15,341 nucleotides of DNA from Okeania sp. (GCF_035285525.1 NZ_JAYKGW010000122.1:1-15341), one strand, 5' to 3'. Shown: positions 1-8,992, counted from the first letter of the stretch. The notes: generated by a model not told the origin, from the sequence alone. Made by a program: numbers and translations.

Positions 1-90
1 CACTTTATAGATTCTGGAGGCCGATAAAATACTTCCTCCGTTTTCTATATAATCAATGACTCTTGTTCGTAAATCTAGACTGTAAGACAT
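1..90 (-). CDS. IS630-family transposase, N-terminal 30 codons (partial, runs off window)
   Basis: ATG at 88..90 on the minus strand. Translation is MSYSLDLRTRVIDYIENGGSILSASRIYKV, which matches the N-terminal helix-turn-helix region I remember for cyanobacterial IS630 transposases (MSYSLDLR..VIDY.ENGGS). Confidence 0.75.
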   Translation of the reverse strand, partial: MSYSLDLRTRVIDYIENGGSILSASRIYKV

Positions 91-149
91 TATTTAAAAT
101 GATTTATATTTTACTCTTTATATTGTACCACTCTTATTCAGAATGACTA
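1..149 (-). mobile_element. IS630-family insertion sequence, copy A, inner end only (element continues beyond window start)
   Basis: 31..151 is the exact reverse complement of 15221..15341. The element end reads TAGTCATTCTGAATAAGAGTGGTAC and is flanked by TA (150..151), the usual IS630/Tc1-mariner target. It contains the 5' end of the transposase ORF. Confidence 0.75.
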
Positions 150-265
150 TACAGCAGATTTCATATCAGTGAGGCACACATAAGACAGCCTAGAAGGCTG
201 AACTGGAAAGGTTTTATGTTTAAAATAATAAATATTTGTACCGAAGTATCCTCAATAAATAATTT

Positions 266-1106
266 TTAAACTAACCAATTTCTTAACTTTGCAGAGAATA
301 AATCAATTAGGGAAGTTGCTAAAATTAAGATTATTAAAATTGCACAGACTTTTTGATATTGAAAAGTTCCAAAACTTTGATAAAGAGAAACACCTATTCC
401 ACCTGCACCAACTATTCCTAAAACATAAGCAGAACGAACATTTGACTCAAACCGATATAAAACAAAAGAAGTCGATAAAAGAATTACTTGAGGAATAACA
501 CCAAATACAATCTCTTGTATTTTACTTGCACCAGTGGCACGAATTCCTTAAACTGGATCTAGTTCAATAGATTCTGCTTCTGAAAAAAGCTTACCTAAAG
601 TACCTGCTGTATGTACAAATAAAGCTGAAACTTTAGCAAACGAACCTAAACCAATAGCTACTACAAATATCAGAGCAAAAACTACTTCATTAATCGCCCC
701 CGTGGCATCTAATAATTCGACGAATAGGTTGTACAATCCAAACTGGACTAATATTTTCTGATGCCAAAAGAGAAAAAGGAACGGCGAAGATAGCTACTAA
801 AAGAGTTCCCCAAAGACCCATAAAAATAGTGATTATTGTATCTTCTAAATATATTTTCCAATCTGGAAAAATCTGTGGGAAAATAAGATTGAATATATTC
901 AACCATATTACCGCTAGCTTGAAATAGAGTTAGGAAATTTATTTCACTTTGTTGGTAAGAGAAAATCAGAATAATTAATGTTCCCAAGAGAAATATTATT
1001 TGAGTATTAGTAAGTCGTTTTTTTCTTGGGATAATATTTCCATAACTGCTGGAGTAGTTAGAAAGTTTTGGTCTGTATTGTCATGGTTATTTGATATTTC
1101 TGCCAT
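266..1106 (-). pseudogene. phnE: Phosphonate ABC transporter permease PhnE, multiply disrupted
   Basis: PhnE-like pieces lie in three frames: MAEISNN..LSQEK / KKRLTNTQIIFLLGTLIILIFSYQQ..YFPTDFSRLEN / LEDTIITIFMGLWGTLLVAIFAVPFSLLASENISP / LLDATGAINEVVFALIFVVAIGLGSFAKVSALFVHTAGTLGKLFSEAESIELDPV* / GIRATGASKIQEIVFGVIPQV..SNVRSAYVLGIVGAGGIGVSLYQ..LRNWLV*. Lesions are a frameshift in the A7 run (1018..1024), frameshifts near 845..860 and 720..745, and an in-frame TAA at 548..550. Confidence 0.8.
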
Positions 1107-1427
1107 GATTATTAATTTTGAATTATCATCTAAATTTAGAGAGAAAATAGGATGTTTAATGAATAATGAATAATGAATAATAGATAATGGATAATGAATT
1201 TAATTTTTAAACATTGTAGAAAAACCATAGGACTTATGCAGGGGAACCCAGAAACCCGGTTTCTGTAGTAAATTATTGTTTTTAATAATAAACATCTACC
1301 CTCGTACCGGGTTTCTTTGTATAATTGCTGAACTATTTCTTTTAGATAAGAAAAATTCAAAATTTTTCACTTTTTATACAAGGATTACCAAGCAAAATAA
1401 TTATCAATTAGACATCTCCAGAAAAGA

Positions 1428-1462
1428 GGGAACAGGGAATAGAGAACAGGGAACAGGGAAGA
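1428..1462. repeat. Tandem heptamer array (GGGAACA GGGAATA GAGAACA GGGAACA GGGAAGA)
   Basis: Five head-to-tail 7-mers read directly. The array is flanked by the inverted repeat TAGACATCTCCA (about 1409..1420) / TGGAGATGTCTA (about 1509..1520). Confidence 0.9.
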
Positions 1463-1661
1463 AGAATTGATAATTTATAGATAATAATTGATTTTACTTT
1501 TTATTTTTGGAGATGTCTATTAGATCAACGATCTATTTAAAAGGAGAGACTTTCTAGTAGCTGAATGCTAACCAATTATTTTATTTATTGGTAATTAGGG
1601 GAGGGGTTAAAGATTTAATAATTTACTATTAACTAGATAAAAATTTCCATATTTTCTAGAA

Positions 1662-2399
1662 CTAAAATTTAATTTTATACATTTGAAATAATTCCCCTGA
1701 TTGTCGCTTGACTATTTTTCCACCCTGATCTTTAATCATTTTTTCCCAACCTTCTAAAGGTTCTAAAAATACTTCAGCACCTAAATAAGTTTCTAAAATT
1801 GCCCAATTTTCTGCCAGTGGTTGTTCTGGGTTAATCACATCAAAAACAAATAAAGATTCTGATTTAAGAACCCTTTTGACTTCTAGAATTACCTCTTCCC
1901 AATAATCTAAAGGATAATAACAACTAAAACCAGTAGCGATCGCCAAGTCAAACTCATTTGCTTCATATTTTAACTGATGAGCTGGTCCTAATTCTACTCC
2001 TTTAAATAATTTATAATTGAGTAGAGAACCTCGTTTATTGAGATTATCTCTAGCAATAGAACTAATTTCTTGACCATAAAAAAAAGCCTCCCATTCTCGC
2101 CAAGGATAAACTAAAAAACTCACCCCACAACCAATATCTAAACACTTTTGATTTTTCTTAGGTTTAGCTATTTCCCAAAAAGGAGAAACTGTTTTGGTGG
2201 TGAGATTACCAGAGGTATAATCTTGAAATATTGGCATTGCCTCAACTTCTGAAGGTAACTCAAAAGATTCTCCACAGTACTCTTGATTAAAACGAGTTTG
2301 TACTGCCATGCTTTGAGGATGCCAATTATCTAAATTTTGTTCGGAAAACCAGGAAGAATTTTCCTGATTTGAGGATAAGGGAGACTTTTTTTTAGACAT
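1662..2399 (-). CDS. Class I SAM-dependent methyltransferase
   Basis: 245-aa ORF with a SAM-binding motif I (LDIGCGVSFL), followed by an acidic post-I residue region and DLAIATG. Substrate is not inferable. Confidence 0.85.
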   Translation of the reverse strand: MSKKKSPLSSNQENSSWFSEQNLDNWHPQSMAVQTRFNQEYCGESFELPSEVEAMPIFQDYTSGNLTTKTVSPFWEIAKPKKNQKCLDIGCGVSFLVYPWREWEAFFYGQEISSIARDNLNKRGSLLNYKLFKGVELGPAHQLKYEANEFDLAIATGFSCYYPLDYWEEVILEVKRVLKSESLFVFDVINPEQPLAENWAILETYLGAEVFLEPLEGWEKMIKDQGGKIVKRQSGELFQMYKIKF

Positions 2400-2557
2400 T
2401 TTTCTTTGTATCGCTAATTACCTTTAAGGTAAGCTATTAAACAGTTAGCTTCATTACTATTAAGTTGCCAACTAAAACTCGTCGTTATTGTGCCTCAATT
2501 TTCTTTTTTCTCTATATTTGAAAATGAGAAGTTAAAGGAATGGTTAATTCATTCATT

Positions 2558-2590
2558 AAAAAGCTAAAAACTAACTGCTAATAGCTTTTT
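2558..2590 (-). terminator. Putative intrinsic (possibly bidirectional) terminator after the 63-aa gene
   Basis: 9-bp stem AAAAAGCTA / TAGCTTTTT with a 15-nt loop and A/T runs on both sides. It lies 24 nt downstream of the minus-strand stop at 2614. Confidence 0.4.
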
Positions 2591-2613
2591 GCACACCATG
2601 AACTAGGAAATGC

Positions 2614-2805
2614 TTACCCTTTAAGAGCTTTTGTAAAGTTTTTACGATAAGATTTGTTACCAATAAACAAAACAGGCCACAATATAGATAGTACAATACG
2701 ATTCTGAAAAGTCTGGGCGAAGTTTGTCTGTGCAAATCCGTTCCAGAACTTCCAGATTCCTCCTCCATATACAACAAGCAATAATAAGCTAATTAAGGTA
2801 CTCAT
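2614..2805 (-). CDS. Small hypothetical membrane protein (63 aa)
   Basis: ORF MSTLISLLLLVVYGGGIWKFWNGF...ILWPVLFIGNKSYRKNFTKALKG has two hydrophobic segments and a basic tail, and looks more protein-like than the overlapping 2571..2777 frame. No SD sequence. My recollection of cyanobacterial homologues is unverified. Confidence 0.5.
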   Translation of the reverse strand: MSTLISLLLLVVYGGGIWKFWNGFAQTNFAQTFQNRIVLSILWPVLFIGNKSYRKNFTKALKG

Positions 2806-2924
2806 GGCACAAAATTATGATAAGGTTACTTATTTTGGACATAACCCAATCTAAATTATTGAATAAATCTTAAATTGGGCTGAGGTTTGAATATTTATCA
2901 GATAATTATCATTCTACTACAACT

Positions 2925-3277
2925 AATACACTTATGGTAAGTATTAGATATCTCCAAGGGAGTAAGGAGTAGGGGGAAAGAATTGATGATTTTTGAGGAA
3001 CTTTAAATCAAAATAGCCTTTAAAGTCGGGTTTTAAAAAATCAATAAGAAAGCTCAGACTTTTACTTTTTCCCTGTTTCCTATTCCCTGTTCTTTTAATA
3101 TACTTATGGTAAGTATTAGATATCTCCAAAGGAGTAAGGAGTAGGGGGAAAGAATTGATAATTTCTGAGGAACTTTAAATCAAAATAGCCTTTAAAGTCG
3201 GGTTTTAAAAAATCAATAAGAAAGCTCAGACTTTTGCTTGTTCCCTGTTTCCTATTTCCTGTTCCCTGTTCCCTAAA
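2925..3277 (+). repeat. 172-bp tandem duplication (2 units) ending in CCCTGTT/TCCTATT heptamers
   Basis: CTTATGGTAAGTATTAGATATCTCCAA.. begins at 2931 and again at 3103, giving a period of 172. The units are near-identical with a few substitutions. The second unit ends 6 nt before the AAGGAG RBS (3283..3288) of the 3296 gene. Confidence 0.9.
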
Positions 3278-3295
3278 TAAACAAAGGAGTAAATT

Positions 3296-5827
3296 ATGCG
3301 TGCAGTGTTAATGGCTGGAGGTTCAGGAACGCGACTCAGACCACTGACCTGCGATATTCCTAAACCAATGGTTCCCATTTTAAATCGCCCAATAGCTGAA
3401 CATATTATTAATCTGTTGAAAAGGCATCAAATTAGGGAGATTATTGCTACTTTACATTATTTGCCTGATGTAATGCGTGAATATTTTCAAGATGGTAGTA
3501 AATTTGGTGTTCAAATTACTTATGCTGTGGAAGAAGATCAACCTTTAGGAACTGCTGGTTGTGTTAAAAATATAGAACAACTTTTAGATGAAACTTTTTT
3601 AGTAATTAGTGGAGATACAATTACAGATTTTGATTTAACGGCAGCTATCAAATTTCATCAAGAAAACAAGTCAAAAGCTACTTTAATATTAACACGAGTT
3701 AACAACCCAATTGAATTTGGAGTAGTTATTACAGATCAAGAACAAAGAATTAAAAGGTTTCTCGAAAAACCCTCTACAAGTGAAATATTTTCTGATACTG
3801 TTAATACAGGAACTTATATTTTAGAACCAGAAGTTTTAGATTATTTACCAGCTAATCAAGAATGTGATTTCTCGAAAGAATTATTTCCTTTATTATTAAG
3901 GAAAAATGAGCCAATGTATGGCTATATTGCAGAGGGTTATTGGTGCGATGTCGGAAATTTAGATGCTTATAGAGAAGCTCAATATCATGCACTTCAACAC
4001 ACAGTAAAACTTGAGTTGCCTTATCAACAGCGATCGCCTAATTTCTGGATTGGAGAAAATACTTACGTCGATCCAACAGCAAAAATAGATACACCTGTTT
4101 TAATAGGAAATAACTGTAGAATTGGTCCGAGAGTTCAAATTGAAGCAGGTAGTATTATTGGAGATAATGTGACAATTGCTGCAGATGCTGATATAAAGCG
4201 TCCTATTATTTGGAATGGCGCACTGGTAGGAGAAGATACAAATTTACGAGCTTGTATAATTTGTCGAGGTACCAGAATAGATCGTCGCGCTCAAGTATTA
4301 GAAGGTTCTGTAGTTGGTTCTTTATCTATTGTCGGAGAAGAAGCTCAAATTAGTCCTAATGTGAGGGTATGGCCTAGTAAAAGAGTTGAATCTGGAGCAA
4401 CTTTAAATATTAATTTAATTTGGGGTACGACTGCTCAAAGAAATTTGTTTGGACAACGCGGAGTGGAGGGATTAGCAAATATTGATATTACTCCAGAATT
4501 TGCTGTTAAATTAGGAGCTGCTTATGGTTCTATTTTAAGATTGGGGTCTACTATATCAGTTTCTCGTGACCAACGTAATGTGTCTCGTATGGTTTCTCGG
4601 TCTTTAATTGCTGGTTTAATGTCTGTAGGAATTGATGTGATAAATTTAGAATCTACTGCTATTCCTATTGCTAGAAAAATTTTACCTACTATGAATTTAG
4701 CAGGTGGTATTCATGTGCGTCTTTCTCCTAATCGTTCGGATCAAATATTAATTGAAATTTTTGATTCTCAAGGAATTAATATTTCTAAAGGGAAAGAAAA
4801 AAAGATAGAAGGAGCATATTTTAAGGAAGATTTACGTCGAGTACAAATACCAGAAATTGGGAATATGGTTTATCGCCATGAAGTTTTAGATGCTTATAGC
4901 AAAGGTTTTGAAAATCTTCTCAATTCTCAGGCAATTCGCTATAGTAAATCTAGGGTAGTAATTGATTATTGTTATGGTGTTTCAGGAGCAGTTTTACCAC
5001 AATTATTAACTAAGTTTGGTTGTGATGCGGTGGTTTTAAATGCTAGTTTAAAAGAAACTTCTTTAGGTATTGAAGAAAGAGAAAGTTTACTAGATCAATT
5101 AGGTCGAGTAGTAGAAGCTTTACAAGCTAATGTGGGAGTTCAGGTAAGTGCAAATGGAGAACAATTAATATTAGTAGATGACGCTGGTTCTCCTATTCGT
5201 GGTGAAATGTTAACTGCACTAATGGTAAATTTGATGTTGACAGCTCATCCACGAAGTACAGTAGTAGTACCAATCAATGCTTCGGCAGCGGTAGAACATA
5301 TTGCTCGTCGCCATGATGGTCATGTGATTCGGACAAAAGCTAATCCTACAGCTTTAATGGAAGCTTGCCAAATTCATCATAATGTGGTATTAGGAGGAAG
5401 TGGTGAAATGGGATTTATTTTCCCGAAACTACATCCTGGTTTTGATGCGATGTTTTGCATTGCTAAAGTAATAGAAATGTTAACTATTCAAGAGCGCTCC
5501 CTAGGACAAATAACTGCGGATATTCCTCCTGTTTCTCATCGTTATTATACAGTACGTTGTCCCTGGAAAGTAAAGGGAGCGTTAATGCGGTATTTCGTAG
5601 AAACTAATTCACCAGAGAATTTAGAGTTAACTGATGGAGTCAAGATTATTAATAATCATGGTGATAATTGGGTGTTAATTTTACCCGATCCTGGAGAACC
5701 ATTAGTACATATTTATGCAGATAGTAATGATCGAGATTGGGTTGATAAAACTTTAAGAGATTATCGGAATATTATCCATGATTTTGTCAACTTATTTATG
5801 GCAGGGAATAGGTTAGATAATTTGTAA
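3296..5827 (+). CDS. Sugar-1-phosphate nucleotidyltransferase (mannose-1-P guanylyltransferase-like) fused to a left-handed beta-helix and a phosphoglucomutase/phosphomannomutase-like domain
   Basis: 843-aa ORF. The N-terminus has GGSGTRLRPLT (the GxGTRL NTP-transferase signature). Hexapeptide repeats occur around residues 270-360. The C-terminal half is collinear with alpha-D-phosphohexomutases. RBS AAGGAG lies 7 nt upstream. Confidence 0.9.
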   Translation: MRAVLMAGGSGTRLRPLTCDIPKPMVPILNRPIAEHIINLLKRHQIREIIATLHYLPDVMREYFQDGSKFGVQITYAVEEDQPLGTAGCVKNIEQLLDETFLVISGDTITDFDLTAAIKFHQENKSKATLILTRVNNPIEFGVVITDQEQRIKRFLEKPSTSEIFSDTVNTGTYILEPEVLDYLPANQECDFSKELFPLLLRKNEPMYGYIAEGYWCDVGNLDAYREAQYHALQHTVKLELPYQQRSPNFWIGENTYVDPTAKIDTPVLIGNNCRIGPRVQIEAGSIIGDNVTIAADADIKRPIIWNGALVGEDTNLRACIICRGTRIDRRAQVLEGSVVGSLSIVGEEAQISPNVRVWPSKRVESGATLNINLIWGTTAQRNLFGQRGVEGLANIDITPEFAVKLGAAYGSILRLGSTISVSRDQRNVSRMVSRSLIAGLMSVGIDVINLESTAIPIARKILPTMNLAGGIHVRLSPNRSDQILIEIFDSQGINISKGKEKKIEGAYFKEDLRRVQIPEIGNMVYRHEVLDAYSKGFENLLNSQAIRYSKSRVVIDYCYGVSGAVLPQLLTKFGCDAVVLNASLKETSLGIEERESLLDQLGRVVEALQANVGVQVSANGEQLILVDDAGSPIRGEMLTALMVNLMLTAHPRSTVVVPINASAAVEHIARRHDGHVIRTKANPTALMEACQIHHNVVLGGSGEMGFIFPKLHPGFDAMFCIAKVIEMLTIQERSLGQITADIPPVSHRYYTVRCPWKVKGALMRYFVETNSPENLELTDGVKIINNHGDNWVLILPDPGEPLVHIYADSNDRDWVDKTLRDYRNIIHDFVNLFMAGNRLDNL

Positions 5828-5859
5828 GTTATGTTTAGGGAACAGGTATGGAGAGAATA

Positions 5860-5981
5860 GGGAATAGATATGGAGGAAGAAAGTATTTTGGCAAATATGA
5901 AATGTACTTTTTAGAGAAAACTTAACTGGGAATAGGTATGGAGGAAGAAAGTATTTTGGCAAATATGAAAAGCACTTTTTA
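5860..5981 (+). repeat. 68-bp tandem direct repeat (2 units)
   Basis: GGGAATAG[A/G]TATGGAGGAAGAAAGTATTTTGGCAAATATGAAA..ACTTTTTA occurs at 5860..5913 and 5928..5981, starting 33 nt after the stop of the 843-aa gene. Confidence 0.85.
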
Positions 5982-6070
5982 ACTTCTACTAAATTTTCAA
6001 CTTACTCTGATACATCTCTTACTTTTTCCTTTTTTCCCTGTAAAAAATCTGATATCTTACATCTTTACGA

Positions 6071-6159
6071 AATAATTGATATAGCAGTTGAAGCAAAGGA
6101 CGCAGACATTCATAAATCCTGATACCCTGTTCCCACCTTCTGTGTTCCCTATTCCCTAG
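6071..6159 (+). repeat. Upstream repeat module, copy A (5' of ssb)
   Basis: AATAATTGATATAGCAGTTGAAGCAAAGGACGCAGACATTCATAAATCCTG...CTTCTGTGTTCCCTATTCCCTAG matches the reverse complement of 8993..9104. It is followed by TATAAT at 6164..6169. Confidence 0.8.
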
Positions 6160-6237
6160 TTCTATAATTTTTAGAACTTTTAATATATAATAATAATGCT
6201 AACAAACATAATAATTAGATATTAATTAAAAATTAAA

Positions 6238-6744
6238 ATGAATAGTTGTATATTAATGGTACAAATCACCAAAGATCCAGAACTGCGCTATACAGCAGAT
6301 GCTCAATTACCAGTAGCAGAAATGATAGTAGAATTTTCTAATATAGGAAAAGAGAATAAACCTGCTTTACTAAAAGTAGTAGGGTGGGGAAATTTAGCTC
6401 AAGAAATCAACGAAAAATATCACGAAGGAGATTATGTAATAGTTGAAGGTCGCTTGAATATAAATACTATTGATAGACCAGAAGGTTTTAAAGAAAAACG
6501 TGCAGAATTAACAGCTTCTAAAATTTATCCTGTTACTTCAGAAGCTATGATTCTAGACGAGGATCAAATATCAACAAATAGAGCAAGTAATAGAAAGATA
6601 ACTCAACAACAACCACCAGCAGAAAACTATAGTAATGTTGTAAATTTCGACTCTCGTCGTGGCTCTACTTTTAATCAAGAATCAACAGCTAATATGCCAG
6701 AAAATGAATTACCAAATGACGATTCTGATCCTATTCCTTTTTAA
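6238..6744 (+). CDS. ssb: Single-stranded DNA-binding protein
   Basis: 168-aa ORF with an OB-fold N-terminus (MNSCILMVQITKDPELRYTADAQLPVAEMIVEF), a low-complexity Q/N/P linker and the acidic C-terminal tip DDSDPIPF typical of bacterial SSB. Confidence 0.93.
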   Translation: MNSCILMVQITKDPELRYTADAQLPVAEMIVEFSNIGKENKPALLKVVGWGNLAQEINEKYHEGDYVIVEGRLNINTIDRPEGFKEKRAELTASKIYPVTSEAMILDEDQISTNRASNRKITQQQPPAENYSNVVNFDSRRGSTFNQESTANMPENELPNDDSDPIPF

Positions 6745-7302
6745 ATACAGCCTATTCTATGTAAGTGTGGTACAGTAATTTTATTAGATTTGATTTAAAG
6801 ACATGAAAACTTTATTCCTTGCTTCAAAAACTATTTAAAAAGCCAATTGCCACTATACCTCATAAACCTGGAATACACTGTAACTCTTAGCTTTTTAAAA
6901 TCTCCGCCAACTATATTTAGTATTTAGGATAAGTTAAAATCTCCTTCTAAAACTTTATAAATAATCTAAGCATTCAGCTATCATTTAGTTTCTTTATAGA
7001 GGAAATTTGTTAACAGCTTTGAGTTATTCAGAACTTAGGAAAAAACCGGGTTGATTAACTAAACTTCCTGATTTAAACAAGAGCAATAAACCCCGTTTTT
7101 TGGTTGCTTTGTGTAAGTCTTTTATTAACTTATTAGTAAGTATTCAGCCGTCAGCTAACCTCCTAGTTCTGAACTGTGCAGTTTAGCTATTAGTTTTATA
7201 CCATTTCTCTATGAAGTTGCGCTTAATAAAAGGTAGCATTTGTTTAAAATTCAGGTCTGGGTAAGAATTATTAAACGTATTGTTACAGAGAAATAGTATT
7301 AA

Positions 7303-7712
7303 AGGATAAATTTAATAAATAGTATCAAATCTAGTAGTATTGGTACAATTCAATATTGTTCTTCAAACCTTACTAAGATTGAAGTTTTTGCCAATATTGA
7401 TTTTCTCCTCCAAAAGTAGACTTGATATTGATTGATAGATGATAACTGATAGCTAATAGTTGAATGCTTCAAATTCTTACACAAAATAAGGAATTAGCTT
7501 CTCAATGGTATGAGAGGATAAATTTAATAAATAGTATCAAATCTAGTAGTATTGGTACAATTCAATATTGTTCTTCAAACCTTACTAAGATTGAAGTTTT
7601 TGCCAATATTAATTTTCTCCTCCAAAAGTGGATTTGATATTAATAGCTGATAACTGATAGCTAATAGTTGAATGCTTCAAATTATTACATAAAAGCAGGA
7701 ATTAGCTTTTCC
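7303..7712 (+). repeat. 212-bp tandem duplication (2 units) in an ORF-free region
   Basis: AGGATAAATTTAATAAATAGTATCAAATCTAGTAGTATTGGTACAATTCAATATTG... starts at 7303 and at 7515. The first ~95 nt are identical, and later positions carry a few substitutions and a small indel. Each unit contains the palindrome CAATATTG, the hairpin CTTCAA-N12-TTGAAG followed by TTTTT, and a GATAACTGATAGCTAATAGTTGAATGCTT motif. Confidence 0.9.
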
Positions 7713-7852
7713 AGAAAATTAAAAGTTATTTTGGTGAAGTATTATGCAGAAAATGATAAATTATAAATTATAATACTTGAATGTTTACTTACTTAGGTTT
7801 GCTGAAAAATTATTTTTAAGGAGATGGAATTATGACGTAACAGAGAGTGATT

Positions 7853-7877
7853 TTTTTGGCAAAACTCTTGCCAAAAA
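7853..7877. other. Perfect 10-bp hairpin TTTTTGGCAA-AACTC-TTGCCAAAAA
   Basis: Read directly. It sits in noncoding DNA with T runs on both sides, so it could be a bidirectional terminator or the 3' end of an RNA. No adjacent gene. Confidence 0.35.
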
Positions 7878-7989
7878 TGCTGATTTTTTGAGGATAAATA
7901 GCTAGCTCAAACAAGCGAAATTTTTTGAACTTTAAAAAAGCTAAAATATTTATCTATAAAAGTTGCCAGATTTAATGATAAAAACCTAC

Positions 7990-8260
7990 TTATTAAGGCT
8001 TGCTGAAAAAGTCTTTTAATGGCAGGGAGAAGCCAGAATTAAGAATCCAGAATCCTTATGGGAATAGGAGTTACAGAAGAGGTAGGAGGAAGAATTATCC
8101 CTTGATTTACCGTTCCCGAAAAATCGGCTAATTATGACAGAAAATCCTAGAATTTTTAACTTTCAAGACTTAAAAGCTGATACTTTTAACATACCTAAAA
8201 ATGCTAACAAAGTTGATCTTGTAAAGGCTTTCATCAATAATTCAGCAAGCCCTACTTAAA
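7990..8260 (+). mobile_element. MITE-like nonautonomous element, copy E1 (~270 bp)
   Basis: Terminal inverted repeats GGCTTGCTGAA (7997..8007) and TTCAGCAAGCC (8241..8251). The interior shares blocks with E2 and E3 (AAAAAGTCTTTT, GTAGGAGG..ATTATCCCTT, TTCCCGAAAAATC, AAAAATGCTAA). No ORF. A solo end TAGGTTTGCTGAAAAA lies at 7794..7809. Confidence 0.6.
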
Positions 8261-8299
8261 AGCGAACATAGTGTTCAATTATGAGTGCTGAATACTTCT

Positions 8300-8965
8300 T
8301 TAAAAGCAGACAGCATTTGAACTTTTAATTAACTCAACTCTGAATACTTTAGCAAAAGCATCCGCTACTTGAGGCAGCACTTCATCTATAGTAATTCCAG
8401 GTAAAAATTCAGCCAAAGTACCTACAGGTTTATCAGAAATACCACAAGGTACAATCTTATGGAAACCAGTCAAGTCTGGACAAATATTCAGGGAAAACCC
8501 GTGCATAGTTATCCAACGACTAACTTTAATTCCTATTGAGCCTACTTTTTGACCCTCTAACCAAACTCCAGTTAAACCTGGATATCTTTCACCCTGAAGG
8601 CCATAACTATCTAATACTTTTAACAATACTTCCTCTAATTGTCTCAGATACCAATGTAAATCTTGTTGATAACGTTTTAAGTTAAGAATGGGATAACCAA
8701 CAAGTTGACCTGGACAATGATATGTTACTTCTCCTCCTCGCTCCACCCGATGGACCTCGTATTCATTTTCATTAGGATTAAACTTAAGAAAATCTAATTT
8801 GGCTCCTTGTCCCAATGTATAAACTGGTGGATGTTCCAGTAGTATGAGGACATCTGCTAATTCTGGACTATGACGACGTTTTTGGACAAGCGATCGCTGC
8901 CATTCTAAGGCCACTGAGTAACTTGTTAGTCCTGGACAAATTAATTGGCAAGTTGGAAAAGTCAT
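8300..8965 (-). CDS. lipB: Octanoyltransferase (lipoyl(octanoyl) transferase)
   Basis: 221-aa ORF with LipB hallmarks: [32 protein letters not shown] and [21 protein letters not shown], containing the catalytic Cys (PCG) and Lys region. Confidence 0.93.
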   Translation of the reverse strand: MTFPTCQLICPGLTSYSVALEWQRSLVQKRRHSPELADVLILLEHPPVYTLGQGAKLDFLKFNPNENEYEVHRVERGGEVTYHCPGQLVGYPILNLKRYQQDLHWYLRQLEEVLLKVLDSYGLQGERYPGLTGVWLEGQKVGSIGIKVSRWITMHGFSLNICPDLTGFHKIVPCGISDKPVGTLAEFLPGITIDEVLPQVADAFAKVFRVELIKSSNAVCF

Positions 8966-8992
8966 TTCACTTATCAGTTATGGCGCTACGCC

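Noticed and set aside
289-498. 69-aa plus-strand ORF (TTG start; MQRINQLGKLLKLRLLKL...)
   Set aside because: It lies antisense to the clearly PhnE-like C-terminal reading frame (..GIVGAGGIGVSLYQ..). It has a low-complexity K/L-rich composition typical of an antisense frame in AT-rich DNA.
548-987. Three overlapping minus-strand ORFs (548..736, 690..902, 748..987) as separate genes
   Set aside because: They are consecutive fragments of a single PhnE-type permease in different frames, so they are reported as one pseudogene rather than three CDSs.
1136-1470. ORFs 1136..1360 (-) and 1276..1470 (+)
   Set aside because: Both run through simple repeats (AATGAATAATGAATAATG.., GGGAACA heptamers) and palindromic sequence. 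Their peptides are low-complexity, and neither shows any family resemblance.
2571-2777. 68-aa alternative frame overlapping the 63-aa membrane-protein ORF
   Set aside because: It is on the same strand and overlaps 2614..2805 almost completely. It is less protein-like, and its 3' end runs into the terminator hairpin.
2944-3129. 61-aa minus-strand ORF
   Set aside because: It lies entirely inside the 172-bp tandem duplication and heptamer array, so it is a repeat-derived frame.
2925-7712. Tandem repeats (172, 68 and 212 bp) as possible CRISPR arrays
   Set aside because: The units are long and abut directly, without unique spacers. There is no 25-40-bp repeat/spacer periodicity and no cas genes.
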